Positions 10,831 to 21,788 of a stretch of 64,000 nucleotides of DNA are shown here, piece by piece (the stretch's first letter is position 1; every line of letters starts with the position of its first letter). A program made the translations under genes and the position numbers. Location of the stretch: positions 2,080,001 through 2,144,000 of the forward strand of contig CBDCFN010000016.1 in NCBI GenBank assembly GCA_965216315.1, written 5' to 3'. The stretch is from a bacterium. GTDB lineage: Bacteria; UBA10199; 2-02-FULL-50-16; JAJFLM01. The notes beneath the pieces are model-generated. The model saw only the letters and a list, made by a program, of their open reading frames with translations. It searched no databases and was not told where the DNA came from.

Positions 10831-12276
10831 ATGCCGTTACGAGTGGATCATCGTAATGCAATTGATTCATTTTATCATCTAGCCGACAAGTGCACAGGCG
10901 GCTGTAGGGGACTCGCCTGTTTCGTGGCGAGACAGCTTAATCCCACGCGTTATGCCGAGGCCGAACAACAGAAAGACGCCGTTTACTGCCTTGGCAAATG
11001 CTATCGGGCCCCAGCCTGTCAGCGAGACGATGAACTCCCCTCGATAACAGTTCAATCCCCGCAGACCATCATTCTCGCCAATCTCACCCGCGGCGGCGCA
11101 CCGGCTCTGCAGACATATGTGCAGCACGGCGGCTATAAAGCGCTCCGACATGCCGTCACCCTGCCACCCGAACAGATTATCACCATGGTCGAGGCCTCCC
11201 AACTACGCGGTCGCGGCGGCGCCGGCTATCCGACGGGACAGAAGTGGCGGCTGGTTTCCGCCCAGCAGGCCCCGGCCAAGTATATCGTCGCCAATGCCGA
11301 CGAGGGAGACCCCGGCGCCTATATTGATCGAATGATCCTAGAAGGCGATCCCCATGCCCTACTCGAAGCTATGTGTATCGCGGCTTATACGGTTGGAGCC
11401 CAACACGGCGTTATCTATCTCCGCAAAGAATATCCGGAAGCGGAACGCGTCCTACAGCAGGCCCTTAATGACGCCCGCCAGAACCATTTTCTCGGCGAGG
11501 GCATACTCGACACAAAATTCAGTTTCGATATTGAGATCGTCATCGGCCAGGGCAGCTATGTCTGCGGCGAAGAAACCGCTATGCTCAATTCCATTGAAGG
11601 CAAACGACCTGAAGTCCGTACACGTCCCCCTTACCCAACCCAAGCCGGACTGTGGAACCAACCAACCTTGGTGAACAACGTCGAAACTCTGGCCAACATC
11701 CCGTGGATCATCCGAAACGGTGCAGAAGCCTATAGTGAACTTGGCTTCTCCAAAAGTCGCGGCACCAAGGTCGTGTCACTGAACTCCCTCTTTGCAAAGC
11801 CGGGGCTGTATGAAGTCGAGTTCGGCCTGTCGGTACGGCAGATCGTCATGGAGCTCGGTGGAGGACTGAGTTCCGGTAAACTCAAGGGCGTACTTATCGG
11901 AGGCCCGCTCGCGGGCGTCATCCCTCCCGAGCGCTTGGACACCCCATTCGGTTTTGAAGAGCTGGAGGCCATCGGCGCCAGCGTCGGGCACGGCGGCTTT
12001 GTCGCCTTCGATGAACACACGTCGATCCCCCAACTGATTCACCACATCTTTTCGTTCGGAGCCTTCGAATCCTGTGGCAAATGTACGCCCTGTCGTCTCG
12101 GGGCCCGCCGCATCGAACAAAGGTTGGAGGGAGCGGCTCTGGGAGCGGAGGAATGGCGTGATATTGTCGGCGCGCTCAAACAAACGAGTTTATGCGGCCA
12201 TGGCACCGGCCTCGCCGCCTTTGCAGAAAGCATTGATCGCTATTATCAAGAGGAACTCGCGGCATGCTTCAAGTAA
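10831..12276 (+). CDS. NAD-linked formate dehydrogenase beta/diaphorase subunit (NuoF-like) with short NuoE-like Cys region at N-terminus
   Basis: LRGRGGAGYPTG, NADEGDPG, YVCGEETA, NNVETL, ESCGKCTPCR..C; N-terminal C..GLAC..CLGKCYRAP. Confidence 0.88.
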   Translation: MPLRVDHRNAIDSFYHLADKCTGGCRGLACFVARQLNPTRYAEAEQQKDAVYCLGKCYRAPACQRDDELPSITVQSPQTIILANLTRGGAPALQTYVQHGGYKALRHAVTLPPEQIITMVEASQLRGRGGAGYPTGQKWRLVSAQQAPAKYIVANADEGDPGAYIDRMILEGDPHALLEAMCIAAYTVGAQHGVIYLRKEYPEAERVLQQALNDARQNHFLGEGILDTKFSFDIEIVIGQGSYVCGEETAMLNSIEGKRPEVRTRPPYPTQAGLWNQPTLVNNVETLANIPWIIRNGAEAYSELGFSKSRGTKVVSLNSLFAKPGLYEVEFGLSVRQIVMELGGGLSSGKLKGVLIGGPLAGVIPPERLDTPFGFEELEAIGASVGHGGFVAFDEHTSIPQLIHHIFSFGAFESCGKCTPCRLGARRIEQRLEGAALGAEEWRDIVGALKQTSLCGHGTGLAAFAESIDRYYQEELAACFK

Positions 12277-14930
12277 GAATCAACGATGACGATTACACGT
12301 TTGAAGAGGGACTGACTATCCTTCAGGCCCTCCGCTCCATCGGCATAGAGCTTCCGACCTTGTGCCACGACGAGCGGCTGACGCCTTACGGAGGCTGCCG
12401 TCTGTGCATTGTAGCCGTCAGTGGCCACGAACGCCCGCTCACCGCCTGCAATACCTCCCTTGAGAACGGTATGATCATTACGACCCATAGTGATGATATC
12501 GAGCACCACCGCCGCACCTTGCTGCGATTCATCGCGCAACACTATCCCAAACAGGCGCTGCAGAAGTCACCGGACAATGAATTGCATCGTTATCTTCGGG
12601 ACTATGAAGTCATAGACGCACTTCGTGACGAGTCGGACTCCAAACTCATTGATGACTCCCATCCGTACCTTCACGTTGACATGTCCCAGTGCATCTATTG
12701 CTTTCGCTGCGTCCGCATCTGCGATGACCTCCAGGGACAAAATGTCTGGCAGGTCTGGAATCGCGGTGACGCGACGAAGATCCAAGCAGATTCCGGCTCC
12801 AATCTGCTCGAGAGCTCTTGTGTCAGCTGCGGCGCCTGCGTCGATACCTGTCCGAGCGGCGCGCTGGCGGATAAAACCGTCCTGGAATGGGGCGAACCAA
12901 CCCAATGGACTCAAACGACCTGCCCTTACTGCGGCACCGGTTGTAAAATTAATGTCGGCGTGCGTGAGCAACGCATTGTCACGGTTCGGCCTGTACTTGA
13001 AGACCCGGTCAGCAAAGGTCATCTCTGCGTCAAAGGTCGATACGCCTTTGACTTCACTCAGGCCCAAGACCGCATCACGGAGCCTCTGTTGCGTGAAAAC
13101 GGCCAATGGCAAAGCATATCCTGGAAAGATGCGATTGAATTTATTCGCGCTAAAATGAGCGCACTCATCGACCAGTATGGACCCGATTGTATAGGCGTCC
13201 TCGGGTCCTCTCGAGCCACCAACGAAGAGAACTATTTGACTCAAAAATTTGCACGCACCGTGCTGAGTACAAACAACGTCGATTGTTGTGCGCGCGTGTG
13301 CCACACACCGACGGCAGCGGCAATGAAAATGATGTTGGGAACCGGCGCCGCAACCAATTGTTATGACGATATCGAACGGGCCCAGACATTACTCATCTGT
13401 GGTTGCAATCCCACTGAAAATCATCCCGTCATCGGGGCGCGCATCAAACAGCAAGTATTAAGAGGGGCCAACTTAATCGTTATCGACCCACGCAGAACTG
13501 AAATTGCCGCACATGCCACCGTGCATCTTGCCCTCCGTCCCGGTACCAATATTCCCCTGCTGAATGCCCTGGCGCACGTCATTGTCGAAGAAGAACTTTA
13601 CGACCCGGATTTTCTTAATGACCGCATCAACGAATGGGGTGAATTCCGTCAATTCATTACGGCTTATGCGCCCGAAAAAGTCAGTGAGATCTGCCGCGTT
13701 GATGCGGACCTCATCCGCCGGGCCGCGCGCCTCTATGCCACGGCAAAACCTGCAATGGCTTTTCACGGTTTGGGCCTGACCGAACACCTCCAGGGAACCG
13801 AGGGCGTGATGTGTCTCGTCAATCTCGCGCTGCTCACCGGAAACATCGGCAAACCGGGTTGTGGCGTGAACCCGCTACGTGGGCAAAACAACGTCCAAGG
13901 CGCCGCCCACATGGGTTGCGATCGGGGCATCCTGACCGGTGCTGTCGGCATCAAAGAATATCGCACCCATTTCGAAGAGTTGTGGCAGGCTGATATTCCA
14001 GCGCGCAAAGGGCTCCATCTAATGGAGATGATGGACGCCGCCGCCGCACAGCAACTCAAAGCACTCTGGGCGATCGGCTACGATGTATTCTTGTCATTAG
14101 CAAATGCCAATGTCATGCGGCAGGCTTTCGAAAACCTCGAGCTCGTGATCATTCAGGATATGTTTATGACGGAAACAGCGAAAGAATTCGGCACGGTCTT
14201 TTTACCGGTCGCTTCCAGCTTTGAAAAAGACGGGACCTTTATGAATGCCGAACGCCGCATCCAGCGGGTCCGCCAAGTACTCCCGGCTCCCGGTGCAGCC
14301 AAGAGTGATTGGGAGATTATTTGCGAACTGGCGCGGGCCCTAGGCAAAGGCGAACTCTTTGCCTATGAGAACGCCGAGGCGATTTGGGACGAGATTCGCA
14401 CGGTATGGCCGGCAGCCGCGGGTATCAGCTATGCTCGTATTGAGCACGGCGGACTGCAATGGCCCTGCCCGACGACAGATCATCCGGGCACTTCCATGCT
14501 TCACGGTGAGCGCTTTTCCCACGATAAAGAGACAGCACTCCGTCGCATCGGCTACCAGGCCACCACCGAAGTTACTGATGCCAACTTTCCTTATCTGTTG
14601 ACCACCGGAAGAGACCTCTACCAGTTCAATGCCAATACAATGACAGGACGCACAGCCAATACGTTACTCCACCCCACCGATTATCTCGATATATCCCCGG
14701 CCGATGGAAGCGCTCTAAAGATCCGCAATGGTGATCAAGTAACGATTCGCAGCCGTTACGGACAGGCGACGCTACCGGTTCGGGTCAATCCTGATATCAA
14801 ACCCGGCGAGCTCTTTGCCACCTTTCATACCGCCGAAGTTTTTCTCAATCATGTCACAAGTCCGATCCGTGATAATTATGTACAAGCCCCCGAATATAAA
14901 GTCACTGCCGTGCAGATTACGGGTGCATAA
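12264..14930 (+). CDS. fdhF: Formate dehydrogenase alpha subunit (molybdo/tungstopterin, Cys ligand) with N-terminal Fe-S domains
   Basis: PTLCH..CRLC, CIYCFRC, CVSCGAC, TCPYCGTGC, CARVCH, LRGQNNVQG, PEYK. Confidence 0.92.
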   Translation: MLQVRINDDDYTFEEGLTILQALRSIGIELPTLCHDERLTPYGGCRLCIVAVSGHERPLTACNTSLENGMIITTHSDDIEHHRRTLLRFIAQHYPKQALQKSPDNELHRYLRDYEVIDALRDESDSKLIDDSHPYLHVDMSQCIYCFRCVRICDDLQGQNVWQVWNRGDATKIQADSGSNLLESSCVSCGACVDTCPSGALADKTVLEWGEPTQWTQTTCPYCGTGCKINVGVREQRIVTVRPVLEDPVSKGHLCVKGRYAFDFTQAQDRITEPLLRENGQWQSISWKDAIEFIRAKMSALIDQYGPDCIGVLGSSRATNEENYLTQKFARTVLSTNNVDCCARVCHTPTAAAMKMMLGTGAATNCYDDIERAQTLLICGCNPTENHPVIGARIKQQVLRGANLIVIDPRRTEIAAHATVHLALRPGTNIPLLNALAHVIVEEELYDPDFLNDRINEWGEFRQFITAYAPEKVSEICRVDADLIRRAARLYATAKPAMAFHGLGLTEHLQGTEGVMCLVNLALLTGNIGKPGCGVNPLRGQNNVQGAAHMGCDRGILTGAVGIKEYRTHFEELWQADIPARKGLHLMEMMDAAAAQQLKALWAIGYDVFLSLANANVMRQAFENLELVIIQDMFMTETAKEFGTVFLPVASSFEKDGTFMNAERRIQRVRQVLPAPGAAKSDWEIICELARALGKGELFAYENAEAIWDEIRTVWPAAAGISYARIEHGGLQWPCPTTDHPGTSMLHGERFSHDKETALRRIGYQATTEVTDANFPYLLTTGRDLYQFNANTMTGRTANTLLHPTDYLDISPADGSALKIRNGDQVTIRSRYGQATLPVRVNPDIKPGELFATFHTAEVFLNHVTSPIRDNYVQAPEYKVTAVQITGA

Positions 14931-14959
14931 TCATCATTTTATAGTATGCTGTTCGACTA

Positions 14960-15682
14960 ATGAAAAAATCCGCCGACAAAGAACCTGTTTTTGTCGCCCA
15001 GGATCTCACTAAGACCTACCAGATGGGAGAAGTCGAAGTCCACGCCTTGCGTGGGGCTCAGTTGGAACTCTATCCGGGTGAGTTCGTTGTTTTGTTGGGA
15101 CCGTCGGGCAGTGGCAAATCGACGCTCCTCAACATCCTCGGCGGCCTTGACATCCCTACTGAAGGTGAAGTTCATTATCGCGATCACAATCTAAGTACCG
15201 CCGATGAAAGTGAACTCACACGTTACCGCCGCGAGCATATCGGTTTTGTCTTTCAGTTTTATAATCTGATCCCCAGCTTGACGGCCTTAGAAAATGTCAC
15301 GCTCGTCACTGAAATTTCAGACGATCCGATGGAGGCCTCGCATGCGTTAGAATTGGTCGGGCTCAAAGAACGCCTCCATCATTTTCCTTCGCAGTTATCC
15401 GGCGGAGAACAACAGCGCGTCGCTATTGCCCGCGCCATTGCGAAACAGCCGGATGTTCTCCTCTGTGACGAACCGACCGGCGCGCTCGATATCAGCACCG
15501 GCGTCCTCGTCCTTGAGGCGATACGCCGGATCAACGAAGAGCTCGGCACGATGGCCGTGGTCGTCACGCACAACGTTGTGATCTCACAGATGGCCGATCG
15601 CGTGATTCACCTTGCGGACGGCCGCATCACTTCCGTCAAAACAAATCCTGACAAAAAACTCCCTCAGGAGATCACGTGGTAG
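14960..15682 (+). CDS. ABC transporter ATP-binding protein (LolD/MacB-like)
   Basis: [27 protein letters not shown]. Confidence 0.93.
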   Translation: MKKSADKEPVFVAQDLTKTYQMGEVEVHALRGAQLELYPGEFVVLLGPSGSGKSTLLNILGGLDIPTEGEVHYRDHNLSTADESELTRYRREHIGFVFQFYNLIPSLTALENVTLVTEISDDPMEASHALELVGLKERLHHFPSQLSGGEQQRVAIARAIAKQPDVLLCDEPTGALDISTGVLVLEAIRRINEELGTMAVVVTHNVVISQMADRVIHLADGRITSVKTNPDKKLPQEITW

Positions 15683-18036
15683 GTCTCGACCGCAAGGTCT
15701 GGCGGGATCTCCGGCGCATGAAGGCACAGGTCCTGACCATCGCCCTGGTCGTATCCAGCGGCGTTGCCGCCTTAGTCGCTTCGTATAGCACGCACAACTC
15801 ACTCCAGCGGGCTCAGGCCGCTGTCTATAACAAATACCGCTTTGCGGACGTGTTTGTAGACCTCAAACGCGCACCGAATGCCCTGGAAGAGAAATTAGCC
15901 CACATCCCCGGGGTCGCGGCGCTAGAAACGCGCATTGTGCACGATGCCCTACTTCATATCCCCGGCCGCGCCGAGACGTCGGTCGGCCGTTTCATTTCCG
16001 TCCCACAAGACGTTCCTTTGCAATTAAACCGCCTCCACCTCCGTGCCGGCCGCATGATCAATCCGGAGCGCAGCGATGAGGTGATGATCAGCGAGGGTTT
16101 TGCAAAGGCTAACGGCTTTGAGCCCGGGGATGAAATCATCGCGATCATGGAAGGCAAATATCAAAAGTTTCACATCACGGGTATCGTCCTGTCGCCCGAG
16201 TACATCTACGCCATCTATCCGGCCAATCCCCTTCCCGACGAACGGCTCTTCGGCATAATCTGGACCTCTGAAAAAACGCTGGAATCCGCCTTCGATATGT
16301 CAGGCGCCTTTAACAGCGTGGCCCTGACTCTCAGCTCCCGGGACACGGCTGACCGCGTAATCGCCGATCTGGACGACGCACTCACCAATTATGGTGGTTT
16401 CGGGGCCTACGACCGCGACGATCAAGTCTCACACAGCTTTGTGCGCGACGAGATCGCGCAGCAGCGCACCATGGCTGTTACCCTGCCCTTTGTCTTTTTA
16501 TTGGTCGCGGCTTATCTACTCAATGTCGTTATCAGTCGGCTGATCAATCTGCAGCGAAGCCAAATTGCAACGCTCAAAGCACTCGGTTACAGCCATTGGA
16601 CCGTCGCGCTCCATTTTTTAAAGCTTATGGCCGTCATCGTCATGCTCGGTGTCGTTATCGGCATCGGCTTGGGCATCTGGCTCGGCCGTGGTTTGACGAC
16701 TCTCTACACGGATTTCTTTCATTTTCCGATCCGTATTTATTACCTCAATCCGTGGCTCCTGCTGAGTGCTACGACGATCAGTCTCGGTGCCGGCGTACTG
16801 GGAACCTTGGGGAGCCTCCAACGCGTCTTCGGGTTGGCTCCGGCTGAAGGAATGCGCCCTCCAGCACCCCCCATTTTTCACGGCACGCTAAGCGAACGCT
16901 TGGGACTCAATCGCTTTTTTTCACCTCACGGGCGCATCGTACTCCGCAATCTCTTGCTCAAGCCATGGCGCACGCTCTTAGGCGTCATCGGTATCGGCTT
17001 TGCAATCATGATCGTGATGCTAGGCCTGTTCTGGCAGGACGTCGTCACCCATATGCTTTACACCCAGTATTCACTGATCGAACGCGGGGATGTATCGGTC
17101 GTGTTTTCAGAGCACATCTCCAGTGACGCGCTCCGCTCTCTTCAGCAAGATCCCGCTGTACTCAGTGCGGAGGGCTCCCGCACCGTGCCCGTCCGCCTCG
17201 GCTTCCAACAACGAAAAAAACAGGCTGTACTGCTGGGATATCCGCGCGACGCACGCCTCAAGCAATTAATCGACCGTAAGTTACGCCCGATTTCAATGGC
17301 ACCATCGGGCGTGATACTAAGCCGTATCTTGGCAGACCGCCTTCAAATTAAAGCGGGGCAAATACTCAATATCGACGTCCTCGAAGAAGAGAGACAGAAG
17401 TTTACCATCCCGGTCGCTGCGGTAATCGATGACTGGCTTGGTTCCGCCGCCTATATCGATCTGGAACTCCTCCATAAGCTATTAGGGGGTTCGCGCATTT
17501 CCTCAGCAGAACTCCTGGTTGACGCTCAACTCGAAAACCAATTCTATTCTCGCCTCAAAGAAACACCGACTGTCGCGGCGATCAACGTCAAAGCAACCGC
17601 TCTGGCCATACTGCGCAAGCTCATGGATCAATTTATCCTCATCTACGCCGCGATTCTAACCGCCTTTGCCATCGTCATTGCCGTTGGCGTGGTTTACAAC
17701 AGTGCACGCGTCACGCTCTCGGAACGAAGCCGGGAACTTGCCAGCCTGCGCGTATTGGGCTTTACATGGGGCGAAGTTTTCAGAATAGTAATTAGTCAGG
17801 TCGCCGTCCAATTGTTAGGGGCCCTGCCCTTAGGGTGGTTTCTAGGTTATGGCTTGGCGGTATTAATGGTCCAATTGATGACAACGGAGACGCAGCAATT
17901 CCCCATGTACATGGAAACATCGACATTTTTTTATGCAGCGCTTATTATCATGGCGGCTGCCTCAATGAGTCTGTTGATCATCAGTCGACGTTTGCGTGAA
18001 CTTGATCTCATCGCTGCACTGAAGGTTCCGGAGTAA
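15676..18036 (+). CDS. ABC transporter permease with two FtsX/MacB-type domains
   Basis: [13 protein letters not shown] and [14 protein letters not shown]tsX signatures; TM pattern. Confidence 0.88.
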   Translation: MVGLDRKVWRDLRRMKAQVLTIALVVSSGVAALVASYSTHNSLQRAQAAVYNKYRFADVFVDLKRAPNALEEKLAHIPGVAALETRIVHDALLHIPGRAETSVGRFISVPQDVPLQLNRLHLRAGRMINPERSDEVMISEGFAKANGFEPGDEIIAIMEGKYQKFHITGIVLSPEYIYAIYPANPLPDERLFGIIWTSEKTLESAFDMSGAFNSVALTLSSRDTADRVIADLDDALTNYGGFGAYDRDDQVSHSFVRDEIAQQRTMAVTLPFVFLLVAAYLLNVVISRLINLQRSQIATLKALGYSHWTVALHFLKLMAVIVMLGVVIGIGLGIWLGRGLTTLYTDFFHFPIRIYYLNPWLLLSATTISLGAGVLGTLGSLQRVFGLAPAEGMRPPAPPIFHGTLSERLGLNRFFSPHGRIVLRNLLLKPWRTLLGVIGIGFAIMIVMLGLFWQDVVTHMLYTQYSLIERGDVSVVFSEHISSDALRSLQQDPAVLSAEGSRTVPVRLGFQQRKKQAVLLGYPRDARLKQLIDRKLRPISMAPSGVILSRILADRLQIKAGQILNIDVLEEERQKFTIPVAAVIDDWLGSAAYIDLELLHKLLGGSRISSAELLVDAQLENQFYSRLKETPTVAAINVKATALAILRKLMDQFILIYAAILTAFAIVIAVGVVYNSARVTLSERSRELASLRVLGFTWGEVFRIVISQVAVQLLGALPLGWFLGYGLAVLMVQLMTTETQQFPMYMETSTFFYAALIIMAAASMSLLIISRRLRELDLIAALKVPE

Positions 18037-18040
18037 GCCG

Positions 18041-18928
18041 ATGAAAAAATTTCCCTTTAAACGTACTAAGCTCACAATTGCACTCGGACTCGGCCTCATC
18101 TGCCTGATCGCCGTTATCTGGGTCTTATGGCCCAAGTCCACACGCGTTGAAACGGCAACAGTGATGCGTAGCCCTTATGAGCAATTCATAGAAGAAGACG
18201 GCGTTACCCGGGCACGTGAGATCTATACGCTCTCGTCTATCGTCGCGGGAAATTTAAAACGCGTGACTCTCCGGGCCGGAGATAGGGTACAAAAGGGCGA
18301 TGTTCTCTTTGAAATTGACTGGGATCGCCCCGTGAAGGTCCGTTCGCCTGCCAGTGGCTGGGTCCTGCGCGTTATTCAGGAAAGTGCCGCCGCGGTCGAA
18401 CGAGGTGCGCCGATCATGGAAGTTGCCGACGCCACCTCGCTGGAGATTGTTGTCGACGTTCTGACCACCGAGGCCGTCAAGATCAAGGCCGGCGTCCCTG
18501 TGCGCATCAAAGGCTGGGGGGGCACCGTCCCCTTGCAAGGCCGGGTTCGCCGCGTCGAACCGTCAGCTTTCAAGAAGGTATCCGCCCTCGGCGTTGAGGA
18601 ACAGCGAGTCAATGTCATCATTGACATCAAGGAACCTTATGCCAAATGGGAGGGTCTCGGTAATAATTATAAGGTCGACTGCGAAATCATCATCTATCGA
18701 ACAGATGATGCCTTGACGATCCCCACAGGTGCCTTATTTCGCGATGGTGACAATTGGGCCGTCTATCGCGTTGATGGTGAAACAGCGCGTAAACAGGTAC
18801 TCGACATTGTGCGCCGCAATCCAAAGCAAGCGATGGTCGCCGATGGACTGAAGACCGGCGACCGGGTTATTCTATATCCAAGCGATGAAATCCAAGATGG
18901 TTCGCGCATAAAAGCCATGTCCCAATAG
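18041..18928 (+). CDS. Efflux periplasmic adaptor (HlyD/MacA-like)
   Basis: N-terminal TM, biotinyl-like VRSPASG, KVSALGVEEQRV; operon context. Confidence 0.85.
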   Translation: MKKFPFKRTKLTIALGLGLICLIAVIWVLWPKSTRVETATVMRSPYEQFIEEDGVTRAREIYTLSSIVAGNLKRVTLRAGDRVQKGDVLFEIDWDRPVKVRSPASGWVLRVIQESAAAVERGAPIMEVADATSLEIVVDVLTTEAVKIKAGVPVRIKGWGGTVPLQGRVRRVEPSAFKKVSALGVEEQRVNVIIDIKEPYAKWEGLGNNYKVDCEIIIYRTDDALTIPTGALFRDGDNWAVYRVDGETARKQVLDIVRRNPKQAMVADGLKTGDRVILYPSDEIQDGSRIKAMSQ

Positions 18929-18938
18929 CAAAAAGACA

Positions 18939-19877
18939 ATGTACTTTCATAGTCCCATTGAATTTCGCCTCATCAAGTACCGGGCGAAGGAGCTTGGATC
19001 CTTGATCCCCGATATCATGCGCAAGGGTCCCCCTCCTCAAACCCATAAAGTTCTCCCCGAAATGAAAAATCCGTCAGGGTCGAAACCCTTAGCGGAGAAG
19101 CGCCACCTTGATACCGATCAAGTTCGTGAACAGTACCGGGTTGAACATGAACAACTGGAACATCTTGAATTTCATCATCCCTATCAAGAAATACGCAATC
19201 AGTGGAGTCTCAGCCAGCTGACCCAAGGGATACGGCCTCTACACATCGGAGTTATCCAAGATGGCAGCAGCACCGATACAACAGGCCGCAAAAGCACCCA
19301 ATTTTTATTAGATCACTACCACGGCCAGGTGAACCTGATTGATATAAGCGGCGCTGCGAATCCTCTTTCATTGATTCTGGATCAGGCCAATAATAACCTG
19401 CTGACCTTGTTAGTCGGAACACGTTCGCAGCTAGTAAAGATGGCACCCTTACTCCAGCAAAGTCCCTGCCCACTCCTGATCGTCCCTGATACTCAGCCCT
19501 TAACCCAACTGAAAAATGTGCTCGTCCCGTGTGACGCGACGCCTTTTTCTTACGCGTCCCTAGCCCAGGGCTTGGTCTGCTGTGAAGATTTTGGGAGCGA
19601 CCTCCATGTGCTCCATGTAAGCTCAACTCCGCAGGAACAACGCATTGAACATCAAGAGATGACAGACCTCATGGAACAGATGCGCTGGCATGATGTCAGT
19701 CATGATTATCTGACTGTCAGCGGCGATGTCGTTGCAAGACTTGAAAGCTATTGCCGGCTAGCAAAGATCGATCTGGTGATTATGGGCACTCACCGGCTAA
19801 AAGCCGCGTCCGACAGCCTTACTTCCGAATTGATCGCCAAGGGCTCAAGCTCAATCTGGGTTTTGCATCCCAACTAA
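18939..19877 (+). CDS. Universal stress protein with extra N-terminal region
   Basis: SPCPLLIVP, KNVLVPCD, LHVLHV, IDLVIMGTH, IWVL USP motifs. Confidence 0.7.
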   Translation: MYFHSPIEFRLIKYRAKELGSLIPDIMRKGPPPQTHKVLPEMKNPSGSKPLAEKRHLDTDQVREQYRVEHEQLEHLEFHHPYQEIRNQWSLSQLTQGIRPLHIGVIQDGSSTDTTGRKSTQFLLDHYHGQVNLIDISGAANPLSLILDQANNNLLTLLVGTRSQLVKMAPLLQQSPCPLLIVPDTQPLTQLKNVLVPCDATPFSYASLAQGLVCCEDFGSDLHVLHVSSTPQEQRIEHQEMTDLMEQMRWHDVSHDYLTVSGDVVARLESYCRLAKIDLVIMGTHRLKAASDSLTSELIAKGSSSIWVLHPN

Positions 19878-19902
19878 ATATGGCACAATAGGAATCAAAC
19901 TG

Positions 19903-20652
19903 ATGAGCAAAATCCTCGTTTGCCAACATGTTGCCTACGAAATACTGGGAACCCTCAATCCCCTGATCAAGTCGCACGGCTTTAGAATTCGCTACGTCAA
20001 TTTCGATCGTCACCCCGATGCGACACCCGAACTAGAGGGCTATCGTGGACTCATCATTTTAGGCGGCCCGATGAATGTCGATCAAAGTGAAGCTTATCCT
20101 CACCTCATCCATGAAATGCGTCTCATCGAGGCCGCCCTTGAAAAAGACATTCCCGTCCTCGGTATTTGCCTCGGGGCCCAGCTCATCGCCAAAGCCTTGG
20201 GCTCCCGTGTCGGTCCCGGACCGGAAAAAGAAATTGGTTGGTACCGACTCCGCCCGACAAAAGAGGGCCAAAAAGATCCCCTGATTTCTCACTTCAACGA
20301 ATCGGAACAAATCTTCCAGTGGCACGGTGATACCTTCGATATTCCCAAGCAAGCCGTTCACCTCGCCTCTGGCGAAGGTTGTTGCCCTAATCAAGCCTTT
20401 CGTTATGGAGACAAAGTGTATGGATTTCAGTTCCATCTCGAAGTCGATGAAGCCATGATTATGCGTTGGCTGCAGGTACCTTTTCACCTGAATGAACTGG
20501 CCAAGCTCCAAGGCAAAATTGATCCTGAAGTCATTCGAGAAGAAACACCTCATTACATAGAAGATTCAATGCGCCTGAGCAAAAAAGTTTTTGGTGGATT
20601 TGTCGACCTCGTTGGCAAAAAAAAGAAGTTGCTCAGCCTTCCGTCCCGTTAA
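19903..20652 (+). CDS. Class I glutamine amidotransferase-like protein
   Basis: ILGGPMNV, LGICLGAQL, FQWHGDTF, QFHLE. Confidence 0.9.
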   Translation: MSKILVCQHVAYEILGTLNPLIKSHGFRIRYVNFDRHPDATPELEGYRGLIILGGPMNVDQSEAYPHLIHEMRLIEAALEKDIPVLGICLGAQLIAKALGSRVGPGPEKEIGWYRLRPTKEGQKDPLISHFNESEQIFQWHGDTFDIPKQAVHLASGEGCCPNQAFRYGDKVYGFQFHLEVDEAMIMRWLQVPFHLNELAKLQGKIDPEVIREETPHYIEDSMRLSKKVFGGFVDLVGKKKKLLSLPSR

Positions 20653-20654
20653 TA

Positions 20655-21782
20655 TTAAATCCAGTAACGAATCAACATGACAAGACGCTCGGCTATTCGC
20701 TGCATACGCGGCCTTTGCGTCCAGGCTTGCAGAGAAACCCCTTGCGCGTGCTCAACATCTTGACTGAATTGTCGCGACAACGACAGCAACGATGACTCAT
20801 GCGTCATCACAATCGCCACTTCAAAATTGTGCCTAAAACTTCGCGTATCTAAGTTACTAGTACCCACTGTTGCCCAATCATCGATGATCATTGTCTTCGC
20901 ATGCAAAACACTCGTATGATATTCAAAAATACGGACGCCTGAATGCAAAAGCGTCCCGTAAAATGCGGATGCCGCCCATTTGACGAGGCGCACATCAGGC
21001 GCCTGCGGGAGGATGAGGCGCACATCAACGCCCCGCTCCGCCGCTCTTTTTAAGGCGCGCAGCAAGGCACGCGGGGGAACAAAATAGGCATTCGTAATCC
21101 AAAGACGCTCTTTAGCTTTATCAATCCGCGTTATCAGATTGCGAAGATGTCGGTGCCGCATCCATGTCTGATGATTCAAAAAAACCAGAGAGCTCACTGA
21201 CTTGCGTTTTTGCATACGACCCTTAAAAGGAGCCAGATACCAGGCGCGCGACCATGCTAAGTTGAAAACACCGGCCAGCTTACGCAATTCCTTGCCGCGA
21301 ATGCGCACGCCCGTATCCCGCCATGATCGCTTCTCATTAAACTCGCTGAGATGAACCGCCCAGACATTCATGCTACCGACCCAGGCCTCTTTTCTATCGA
21401 TTAAACATACTTTGCGATGATTGCGCTTATTCACCCGCGCAAAGAGGCGACCGATGCGTCGAATTCCAAACGGAAATGAAAAAAAGGCCCAGGGATAAGG
21501 ATGGTAAATGCGGGCGGAAATGCCTACCGCCTTTAACCGCTTGGCAAAATGAAAACGCCAGAATGGCGAACCGAGTCCGTCGATGAGAAGACGAACCCTT
21601 ACTCCTCGTTGTGCCGCCCGGATAAAAGCCTCAATGATACGCTGCCCGAGTGCATCATTCTCAAAGATATACATCTCGAAATCGATCGTCTCTTGGGCTT
21701 TATCAATCGCACTGACGAGATCGGCAAAAAATCCGTCACTATCGTGATAGACTGTTTCGCTGAGCCATCGAGGCTGCTTCAT
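20655..21782 (-). CDS. clsB: Cardiolipin synthase B (PLD family, no N-terminal TM)
   Basis: Two HKD motifs: NHRKVCLID and LHAKTMIID; ITNAYFVP. Confidence 0.85.
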   Translation of the reverse strand: MKQPRWLSETVYHDSDGFFADLVSAIDKAQETIDFEMYIFENDALGQRIIEAFIRAAQRGVRVRLLIDGLGSPFWRFHFAKRLKAVGISARIYHPYPWAFFSFPFGIRRIGRLFARVNKRNHRKVCLIDRKEAWVGSMNVWAVHLSEFNEKRSWRDTGVRIRGKELRKLAGVFNLAWSRAWYLAPFKGRMQKRKSVSSLVFLNHQTWMRHRHLRNLITRIDKAKERLWITNAYFVPPRALLRALKRAAERGVDVRLILPQAPDVRLVKWAASAFYGTLLHSGVRIFEYHTSVLHAKTMIIDDWATVGTSNLDTRSFRHNFEVAIVMTHESSLLSLSRQFSQDVEHAQGVSLQAWTQRPRMQRIAERLVMLIRYWI

Positions 21783-21788
21783 AATAGG

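Noticed and set aside
13284..13304. Selenocysteine FDH
   Set aside because: The active-site region reads CARVCH with a Cys codon and no in-frame TGA.
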